DNA of 64,000 bases from Candidatus Saccharimonadota bacterium (GTDB lineage Bacteria > Patescibacteriota > Saccharimonadia > Saccharimonadales > JACDBH01). The DNA lies in the NCBI GenBank assembly GCA_028289135.1, contig JAQGGW010000005.1, positions 2,941-66,940 on the forward strand. The letters are read 5' to 3'. The position numbers and the translations under genes are program-made. How positions within the stretch are numbered: the stretch's first letter is position 1; each line of letters begins with the position of its first letter. Positions 56,578 to 64,000 of the stretch are shown in pieces. Under the pieces are notes generated by a model that saw only the letters and a list, made by a program, of their open reading frames with translations, did not search any database and had not been told where the DNA came from.

Positions 56578-59043
56578 ATGGCAGAATTTAATACCGCAGA
56601 CCTACACAAACAAGTTGACCGTCTTATGGATATTTTCTTTGGGGCGGGTGTTGCAAGCCACCCAACAATTATTGAACAGATTAACTACCTGCTATTTATG
56701 CGCGCACTTTCTTATAAGGATGACGAATATCTTGCACTTGGCATTAATGATGCCGACACGATTGTTTTTGACGGTGAGCTTGAAAAATATCGCTGGGAAA
56801 ACTTACTGAGTCTAAATGCTGAAGCATTGTTTGTAGCGCTTGAAGATTGCTTTCGTAAAATTCCAGAAAGCACAAACAATAAAACGGTTCGTTTAGTTTT
56901 TCGAAATGCGCATATAAAACTGTTTGATAAGCCGAGTCTGCGGGTTGTAGTGCATGAAATTGATGCCTTTGCCAAACTGATGGACGAAGGAGAACATGAA
57001 GGTAAACACGATATTTTCGGTGATACATATGAATACTTGTTGAGTAAGCTTGCGCAAGCCGGTACTTCTGGCCAGTTCAGAACGCCGCGCCACATTATTG
57101 AGTTTCTTGTAGCAGTAGTCGCGCCTAAAAAAGGCGAAACTATTCTCGACCCAGCCGTCGGCACGGCTGGTTTTTTAGTGAAAGCTTTTGAATATTTGCG
57201 AAAAGAATACACATCGCCGGAACAGGCAGCCACGGGTGGTGCATTCGATAAGCTAAGCTCCAAAGAACATACATTTTTGTACGAACATACCTTTACTGGC
57301 TTTGACAGCGACGAAGACATGATTAAATTTGGCATGATGAACCTGTACCTTCACGGCTTGCAGAATGCGCATCTTGTGCGCCAAAACACACTTACCGACA
57401 CTGCTGGTAATCGCGATAAATACGATATTATTCTGGCCAACCCGCCTTTTAGTGGCAAGATTGACCGCGACAGCGTGGCTCAAGAGCTGCAAATGAATAC
57501 AGGAGCAACGGAAGTTCTATTTTTGCGTTATATGCTAGAGCATTTGACCGACAGTGGCCGTATGGGTGTGATAGTGCCAGAGGGCGTGATTTTTAATGGC
57601 TCAAGTGCACATGTTAAAATTCGCAAAATGCTTATTGAAAGTGGGCTTTGGTGTGTAGTGAGCCTCCCAGCGGGGGTCTTTAACCCATATGCGGGTGTTA
57701 AAACATCTATAGTTTTTATAGACAAATCCCTAAACAAAAATACTGAAATATTATTTGCCAAAGCTGAATCTGATGGTCTTAGTTTTGGTGCGCAGCGTCG
57801 CCCTATAATAAGAAACGATATACCGGGTATTTTGAGTGGTATAAAAAACCTTAAAGCGGGTATACCTTCAGAGTCTATCCATGTGCATAGTGTTAACAGA
57901 GATATGATTATAAATAGCAAAGACTATAACCTAAATGGTGATCGCTATAAAACTGTTGGCACTAACATGCTTTCGCAATGGACGCATACCGAGCTTAGTA
58001 ATGTGGCAAGAATTGAAAAGGGGAAATCATCTTCTACTAAAACTGAGCCTGGAGAGTACCCCCTAGTTCTTACAGCAAAAAATAGTAAAACTTCTAAAAA
58101 TTATGATTTTGAGGGCGAAGCAGTTCTTGTGCCACTTATCTCTGCGACAGGCCACGGTAAATCTGATATTAAAACAATTCATTATCAGAAGGGTAAGTTT
58201 GCTGCAGCAAATTTACTAGCAGTAGTTATGCCAGATCCTAATAAATGTGATGCAAAATATCTGCGTTTGTATTTAGATTATAAGAAAGATTACATCGCTA
58301 AAACTAAAATGTCTGGAGCAGCTAACAGGAGTATGAAGTTAGAGGATTTACACGATGTTCCTATCCCTCTACCGACTTTAGACATTCAGCATCAAATTGT
58401 ATCTGAAATTGATGGTTATCAAAAAATTATTGATGCTGCTAAAATAATTGTCAAATTTTATAAACCAGCTGTCAAAATGAATCCAGACTGGGATATCTCT
58501 AGCCTCGAGGATGTCTTTGATATGGTAAATGGCAGAGCTTTTAAAACATCGGAATGGTCGGATGCAGGAATTCCTATAATCCGGATCGCTAACCTAAACG
58601 GGGAATCCGCGAAGTATAACTATTACTCCGGTAATTATGACGACAAAACGCTTGTAGAACCTGGCCAACTGCTATTTTCTTGGTCTGGTACAAAAGGCAC
58701 ATCCTTCGGACCACATCTATGGCAGAGAAAAGCTGGGCTTTTAAATCAGCACATATTCAAGCTTAATCCAAAAGGAATTCCTATTGATTTGACGTTCGCC
58801 TACCACTATTTGAAAGCAATCGTGCCTGAAATAGAAGCAAAAGCACATGGATCAGGCGGCTTAGTACATATTACGAAGGGAGAACTTGGCAAGTTTAAAA
58901 TCCCTACTCCTGAGATTAGTGAACAAAGAAAAATAGTTGCCGCACTCGAAACAGAGCAGCAACTTATAAATGCAAACAAAACACTAATCGAAACATTCCA
59001 GCAAAAAATTAAAGATAAAATCGCAGAAATTTGGGGTGAATAA
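56578..59043 (+). CDS. Fused type I HsdM (N6-adenine MTase)-HsdS (two TRDs)
   Basis: GQFRTPRHI, DPAVGTAGFL, NPPF, LPAGVF.PY; then two TRD units each ending IP.P....Q..IV. Confidence 0.88.
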   Translation: MAEFNTADLHKQVDRLMDIFFGAGVASHPTIIEQINYLLFMRALSYKDDEYLALGINDADTIVFDGELEKYRWENLLSLNAEALFVALEDCFRKIPESTNNKTVRLVFRNAHIKLFDKPSLRVVVHEIDAFAKLMDEGEHEGKHDIFGDTYEYLLSKLAQAGTSGQFRTPRHIIEFLVAVVAPKKGETILDPAVGTAGFLVKAFEYLRKEYTSPEQAATGGAFDKLSSKEHTFLYEHTFTGFDSDEDMIKFGMMNLYLHGLQNAHLVRQNTLTDTAGNRDKYDIILANPPFSGKIDRDSVAQELQMNTGATEVLFLRYMLEHLTDSGRMGVIVPEGVIFNGSSAHVKIRKMLIESGLWCVVSLPAGVFNPYAGVKTSIVFIDKSLNKNTEILFAKAESDGLSFGAQRRPIIRNDIPGILSGIKNLKAGIPSESIHVHSVNRDMIINSKDYNLNGDRYKTVGTNMLSQWTHTELSNVARIEKGKSSSTKTEPGEYPLVLTAKNSKTSKNYDFEGEAVLVPLISATGHGKSDIKTIHYQKGKFAAANLLAVVMPDPNKCDAKYLRLYLDYKKDYIAKTKMSGAANRSMKLEDLHDVPIPLPTLDIQHQIVSEIDGYQKIIDAAKIIVKFYKPAVKMNPDWDISSLEDVFDMVNGRAFKTSEWSDAGIPIIRIANLNGESAKYNYYSGNYDDKTLVEPGQLLFSWSGTKGTSFGPHLWQRKAGLLNQHIFKLNPKGIPIDLTFAYHYLKAIVPEIEAKAHGSGGLVHITKGELGKFKIPTPEISEQRKIVAALETEQQLINANKTLIETFQQKIKDKIAEIWGE

Positions 59044-59045
59044 AC

Positions 59046-60710
59046 ATGAGAATAACTAGAATTTGCATCAAAAATTTTCGATCTATAGAGGATGTAACTA
59101 TTGAAACAAATAATTTGAATGTACTCGTAGGTCAAAATAATCATGGCAAAACTAATTTTTTAACTGCGATTAATTGGTTTTTTTATGGCGGAAGTACTGA
59201 ACTTCACAAGAGAAAGGGTACTGGATCAGGTAACCCATATATTGAGATATGTTTCGACGATGTGCAGGGGGCATTGAAGAAGATGAAGAACGAGAAAAAT
59301 AGCAAAACCCTATCTTCAAAATTAGAAAATGTAGAAGAAGTTTCTCTGGTAAGGACTGTAGACGAGGAGGGTAAAACCAATCGAAGAATTGTTAATAGAG
59401 AAACTCGTGAACTTAGTGACCCAGGTACGGGATTTGACAAGGCCCTAAACGATTTCTTGCCTAACCTAGAGTTTGTACAAACTGAAAATAATTTACGAGA
59501 TATTTTAAAATACGGTAAAACTACTCAAATTGGTACCATGCTTTCGGGAGTCTTGAACGAGATACTGGCTAGCGGCGATCCAGCTTACAAAAGATTTGTA
59601 GATGAATTTTATACCTTATTTGGATCAAAAGAATCAAAAATTTACGATGAACTTAGAAAACTTGCTGAGAGCGTGGAGCTATATTTAAAAAAGCAGTTTC
59701 CTGAAACCACAAAAGTTGAGTTTGAGGTCAAGAATCCTGAACTTACAGATCTGTTCAAAAATTTTTCCGCGAAAGTAGATGATGGGGTTGTGACTGAAGC
59801 TTATGAAAAAGGCGATGGAATGCAACGAGCTTTAATGCTTGCGATAATTCAAACCTTTGCAGATTACAGGAGAAAAAATGCAGATATAAAGAACTTTATT
59901 TTTCTAATTGATGAGGGTGAGCTGCATCTTCACCCTGGTGCACAAAGGCATTTAAAGTCTGCACTTGAAGATCTTGCAAAGGATGGAGATCAGATATTTT
60001 TGACTACCCACTCCTCTGTGCTTATATCTGACGATAGCTCAGGTGACAAACAAAGTACTTTCAAAGTTGAAAAGTTCGAGGACGGAGTAACGAATATTGA
60101 TATACAAAATGAATACGCTAAGAAAAACATTATATACGAACTTCTTGGAGGTAGCCCTACCGATTTGCTAATGCCGTCGAATTTTATAATTGTTGAAGGC
60201 TCTTCAGAAGTTGATTTTTTAAGCAAGGTAATCGAACGACATTATCCAGAGAAAAAGTCCCTTAAGATCCTTCCCGCAAGAGGAGACTTTTATCAATCAG
60301 TACAACTCATGAATTCATTAGAGAAATTATTTACACCGCTGTCAGAGAGTATATATAAAGGTCATTTTCAAGTTCTTATTGATAAAAGTAAGCTCACAGA
60401 TGCGCAATTTCAAGAACTCCTTACTAAAGTCCCTAATTTCGATAAGGACTCCCAGTTTCATGAGCTTAGTCTTGGATCCCTTGAAGAATATTATCCTATC
60501 AAAAAAGCTGACCAATGTGCGGACTCATCAAATAGCAGATTATTTATGGAAAAATGGAAACTGTCATCAGCCGAAGTCTCCGCGCTTAGTTCTAAACAGA
60601 AGAGCCGTATGTCAAAAATTATTGGTGATAATATCACTAAAGATCAATTTGAAAACGAAATGCCATTAATGTTAAAGGTTTTAAATATGGCCTACGAGAA
60701 GAAATTATGA
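59046..60710 (+). CDS. OLD-family ABC-ATPase/TOPRIM nuclease
   Basis: I.I.NFRSI, GQNNHGKT, GDGMQR, IDEGELHLHP, TTHS, IVEG.SE. Confidence 0.8.
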   Translation: MRITRICIKNFRSIEDVTIETNNLNVLVGQNNHGKTNFLTAINWFFYGGSTELHKRKGTGSGNPYIEICFDDVQGALKKMKNEKNSKTLSSKLENVEEVSLVRTVDEEGKTNRRIVNRETRELSDPGTGFDKALNDFLPNLEFVQTENNLRDILKYGKTTQIGTMLSGVLNEILASGDPAYKRFVDEFYTLFGSKESKIYDELRKLAESVELYLKKQFPETTKVEFEVKNPELTDLFKNFSAKVDDGVVTEAYEKGDGMQRALMLAIIQTFADYRRKNADIKNFIFLIDEGELHLHPGAQRHLKSALEDLAKDGDQIFLTTHSSVLISDDSSGDKQSTFKVEKFEDGVTNIDIQNEYAKKNIIYELLGGSPTDLLMPSNFIIVEGSSEVDFLSKVIERHYPEKKSLKILPARGDFYQSVQLMNSLEKLFTPLSESIYKGHFQVLIDKSKLTDAQFQELLTKVPNFDKDSQFHELSLGSLEEYYPIKKADQCADSSNSRLFMEKWKLSSAEVSALSSKQKSRMSKIIGDNITKDQFENEMPLMLKVLNMAYEKKL

Positions 60711-61900
60711 ATGAAATTATATGTCCACACTGTAAAAAAGCCTTTAAAGTTGATGAGGCAGGCTTTGCTGATATTTTGAAGCAGGTGCGTGACCACAAGT
60801 TTGAGGAAGAGTTGCTTGAGCGCGTGCAAATGCTGGAGAGAGATAAAGAAAATGCCGTTAAGCTGGCGGAGGCTACTACTAAAAACGAACTTCAAGCCGA
60901 AGCGGCAAAAAAAGATGCGGAAGTCGCTGAGCTTAAGGCAAAACTTCAGGCTACAGAAACTGAAAAAAAGCTGGCTGTTACTGAAGCGGTAAATATAGTC
61001 GAAAAACAGCGCGATGAGCTTGTTGGGAAACTTCAAAGTAAAGATACGGAAAAACAGTTGCTTGAAGCTTCGCTGAAAGATAAGTATGAATCCGAACTTA
61101 AGTCTAAAGACGAAATGATTGCCTACTACAAAGACATGAAGGCTAAGCTTTCTACAAAAATGGTAGGCGAGACACTAGAACAGCACTGTGAGATAGAATT
61201 TAACAAACTGCGTGCAACGGCTTTTCAAAACGCATACTTCGAGAAAGACAATGATGCAAGCAGCGGCAGCAAGGGCGATTATATTTACAAAGAAACTGAT
61301 GAAAATGGTACCGAAATTATCTCTATCATGTTTGAGATGAAGAACGAAGGTGATGAAACGGCAACAAAAAAGAAAAATGAAGATTTCCTGCGTGAGCTAG
61401 ACAAAGATCGAAGCGAGAAAAATTGCGAGTTTGCAGTACTTGTATCTCTACTTGAAGCCGATAACGAACTATATAACTCGGGCATTGTTGATGTGTCGCA
61501 TAAACATTCGAAGATGTATGTCATACGGCCCCAATTCTTTATACCAATAATTACTTTACTTCGTAATGCCGCAATGACCTCAATGCAGTACAAATCCGAA
61601 CTTGCCCTAGTTAAATCACAGAATATTGATGTTACGAACTTCGAGGATCAGTTAAATGATTTTCGTGACTCTTTTGGTAAAAGCTACCGTCTGGCATCCG
61701 AGCGTTTTCAAGATGCAGTAGCGAGTATTGATAAGTCGATAGCTCAGCTCCAAAAAACTAAAGAGAACTTGCTGAAGTCAGAAGATCACTATCGAATCGC
61801 AAACAATAAGGCAGATGAGCTATCGGTCAAGAAACTTATACGCGGAAACCCTACTATGTCTGCTAGGTTTGCAAATTTAGATGATAAGAAGACTAGATAA
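60707..61900 (+). CDS. DUF2130 coiled-coil protein
   Basis: CPHC, long coiled coil, STKMVGETLEQHC, KGDY, IMFEMKNE, RPQFF. Confidence 0.85.
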   Translation: MNEIICPHCKKAFKVDEAGFADILKQVRDHKFEEELLERVQMLERDKENAVKLAEATTKNELQAEAAKKDAEVAELKAKLQATETEKKLAVTEAVNIVEKQRDELVGKLQSKDTEKQLLEASLKDKYESELKSKDEMIAYYKDMKAKLSTKMVGETLEQHCEIEFNKLRATAFQNAYFEKDNDASSGSKGDYIYKETDENGTEIISIMFEMKNEGDETATKKKNEDFLRELDKDRSEKNCEFAVLVSLLEADNELYNSGIVDVSHKHSKMYVIRPQFFIPIITLLRNAAMTSMQYKSELALVKSQNIDVTNFEDQLNDFRDSFGKSYRLASERFQDAVASIDKSIAQLQKTKENLLKSEDHYRIANNKADELSVKKLIRGNPTMSARFANLDDKKTR

Positions 61901-61942
61901 GTCAGTTTGACAGTATACGGACTCTCATGATCTACTTAAGGC

Positions 61943-62779
61943 ATGTCACCGAAGTTAATTTCTATATTTTTGCCTGATGGTAACCCAAATGCTTTAAAGA
62001 TTGCAGAAATATCGAACCGTAATATACGGGCACTTTTAATTCCTCGCCCAAAACTTACAGATGCAATAGCAAGAGTTGAGCTAAATCAGCCCGCGCTTTA
62101 TGTGCTTACGGATAGAGATGCAAGTGAAATTTATATCGGTGAATGCGAAAACTTTTTGCACAGAGTAAAATCACATGACCAAAAGAAAGATTTTTGGGAT
62201 GTTGCATTAGTGTTTGTAGCCAAAGACAGTTCGCTTGAAAAAGGGGATGTAAAATATCTAGAATCCTTAGCCGTAGAAATAGCAAAGGACGCTGAACGTA
62301 CTAAAGTTACTAATCTCACTGTACCGGCACGTAATAATTTACATGAATTTAAAGCTCAAACTATATTAGAATTTTTTGACGATCTCAAGCTACTTATTTC
62401 TGCACTCGGTTATCCTGTGTTTGACAAAATAAAAATTGAAGAAAAAAATGAATCTGAATTTTGGTATTGTGATAGACGTCTCACGAAGGCTAAAGCTATT
62501 TATGACGAAAACGGTTTCACGGTGATTAAGGGCTCGATTATAGATGCTACTGTCCAGCCATCATTATTAAAGTATTATCCATATGCTGTCAAAGAGCGAG
62601 AAGAACTTATATCACAAAAGGCATCCCTGAATCACGATAAAGTTTCATATACACTAAAAGAGAATATTACTTTCAGCAGCGCAAATAAGGCAGGCGGCTT
62701 TGTTGTCGGTGCCAATATAAATGCTTGGACAAACTGGAAAAATAAGGCCGGTAAAACAATGGACGAGGTTTTGCGTTAA
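61943..62779 (+). CDS. GIY-YIG nuclease with DUF4357 C-terminal domain
   Basis: ALYVL..IYIGE..R..H..KDFW, YLE; F.V.KGS, FSS...A..V.G..N.WT.WK. Confidence 0.85.
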   Translation: MSPKLISIFLPDGNPNALKIAEISNRNIRALLIPRPKLTDAIARVELNQPALYVLTDRDASEIYIGECENFLHRVKSHDQKKDFWDVALVFVAKDSSLEKGDVKYLESLAVEIAKDAERTKVTNLTVPARNNLHEFKAQTILEFFDDLKLLISALGYPVFDKIKIEEKNESEFWYCDRRLTKAKAIYDENGFTVIKGSIIDATVQPSLLKYYPYAVKEREELISQKASLNHDKVSYTLKENITFSSANKAGGFVVGANINAWTNWKNKAGKTMDEVLR

Positions 62780-62783
62780 AATT

Positions 62784-63200
62784 ATGGAAGAAAATGTAAA
62801 GAAAAACTTCTGGCTCTATACTTTAGCTTTAAGCGATGGAAAATATTATGTGGGTATTACTGCGCAACGAAACCCATACGTACGTATCAATCAACATGGA
62901 AAATTTGCGAGCGCTGCATGGACTCATAAACATAAACCGCTAAAAGAACCACTTATTGAACTTAAAAAACTCGGATATATGACATATGTAGACGCCAAAA
63001 AGTTAGAGTCTGAGACGATGATGGAGTATGTGAAAAAATATGGGCAAAATAATGTACGTGGTGGTAACGTGAACTTTACTGAAGATTCTATAAAAATAGG
63101 TAACAGATTTTGGCTAAAAGATGATTTTAGTACAACAATATTAGTAACAACCCTTTGTTTAATGATTATATTTTTGAGCATAGCTTACCAGCTAAAATGA
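62784..63200 (+). CDS. GIY-YIG nuclease with a C-terminal TM helix
   Basis: LY.L.L..GKYYVG, R..QH, AWT..HKP, E, YG..NVRGG; hydrophobic tail. Confidence 0.75.
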   Translation: MEENVKKNFWLYTLALSDGKYYVGITAQRNPYVRINQHGKFASAAWTHKHKPLKEPLIELKKLGYMTYVDAKKLESETMMEYVKKYGQNNVRGGNVNFTEDSIKIGNRFWLKDDFSTTILVTTLCLMIIFLSIAYQLK

Positions 63201-63310
63201 ACCCCTACCTAGACATAGAAGGCGTAATATGTCGAATGAACTATAAAAGGTAATTATGGCAAAAGGTATGTAATTTCTATTCCTCTCTCAGTTCAGATAA
63301 ACTTATAGCT

Positions 63311-63982
63311 ATGGTCCGACATCACATCCAAAATGAAATTTTGTACCGGCTGAGTTTTGATGAGTCTTTGCGGTTTAGCGAGCTGAAGCCGACGGAGCTT
63401 GAAAACAAGCTTTTTGATTACCATTTGAAGCAGCTTATTAAAGACGGTTTGGTGCAAAAAAGTGAGGATGGAGCTTACACACTAACACCAGATGGCAAGA
63501 GAATGGGCGTGACTGTTTTTGATGACCAGCTGAGCAAGGCCAAAATGCCACGGTCGGTTTTGTTTTTGGTCATACGGCGCAAAAGCGACAATGCTTGGCT
63601 TTTGTACAAACGCTCCACTCATCCGCTAAAAGACTTGGCAGGATTTATGCACCTAACGGCCGAAGCAGACAAAACGTTGAATGACGGCGCGCACGAGCAA
63701 GTAAAAGAACGCACCGGTCTGGACTGCAGCTTTACGCCGCTTGGCGGAGGATTCTTTAAAACCTTTAGAGGCGACAAGCTCGAAAGCTTTACTAACTTTA
63801 CGCTTCTGGTTTGTGAAGATGCAAAAGGGGAATTAGTTCCCAACGACGACAGGGCAGAGTATTTTTGGGCTACCGACCCTGACTTCGCCGCGCCGGATAT
63901 GCTGCCAAACATGGTGACGTTGGTGGACCATTATCAAGCAGGCAAGCCGTTTTTTATTGAGGAAGTTTTTAATATTTCTTAG
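63311..63982 (+). CDS. Winged-HTH plus degenerate NUDIX-fold protein (NrtR-like layout)
   Basis: LRFSELKP...F.YHLKQL...GLV.K...Y.LT..G; C-terminal Nudix-like fold (E.TGL). Confidence 0.7.
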   Translation: MVRHHIQNEILYRLSFDESLRFSELKPTELENKLFDYHLKQLIKDGLVQKSEDGAYTLTPDGKRMGVTVFDDQLSKAKMPRSVLFLVIRRKSDNAWLLYKRSTHPLKDLAGFMHLTAEADKTLNDGAHEQVKERTGLDCSFTPLGGGFFKTFRGDKLESFTNFTLLVCEDAKGELVPNDDRAEYFWATDPDFAAPDMLPNMVTLVDHYQAGKPFFIEEVFNIS

Positions 63983-64000
63983 GCCTCAACCGGTGGTTGA

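Noticed and set aside
52609..63200. Prophage or integrative element call for the defence cluster
   Set aside because: No integrase, transposase, phage structural gene or flanking direct repeat seen
63197..63253. 18-codon ORF MNPYLDIEGVIC... resembling a HAD DxDGV start, ATGA-coupled to the GIY-YIG gene
   Set aside because: Too short to support; it may be a gene remnant at the island edge but cannot be told from chance

Overview
A 64-kb bacterial chromosomal segment, most likely from a Patescibacteria/CPR organism of the Saccharibacteria (TM7) type. This taxonomy is inferred from the gene order rpmF-nusB-NUDIX-rnc and rpsP-khpA-trmD, the Cys-less LigA, the CPR-style pilin-like proteins and the many short orphan ORFs; it was not checked against a database. 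Housekeeping content: lysA (partial), kup, lemA-htpX, ligA, murF-ddl-alr, leuS, rpmF, nusB, rnc, rpsP, khpA, trmD, ahcY with a PfkB/adenosine kinase, tsaC, sodC, rarA, typA, metK behind a SAM-I-family riboswitch, and 4 intact tRNAs (Cys, Leu, Ala, Gln). A ~10.6-kb defence island (radC, VbhA/Fic, type I RM with fused HsdM-HsdS, OLD-family nuclease, DUF2130, two GIY-YIG proteins) lies near the right end. The most striking unannotated signal is a ~780-nt minus-strand non-coding transcript (about 52502 to 51725) with its own near-consensus promoter and terminator, whose ordered motifs resemble OLE RNA; no oapA-like gene lies next to it and it carries a REP-like hairpin. Other notable signals: a free-standing ~110-nt sRNA with a perfect sigma70 promoter; leader-peptide attenuators before leuS and before an orphan 71-aa ORF; a transglycosylase-less, KTG-less PBP followed by a 50-aa microprotein copying its juxtamembrane motif; structured elements attached to tRNA T-arm sequences; and widespread leaderless genes. 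All family assignments come from motif recognition by eye, not from searches.
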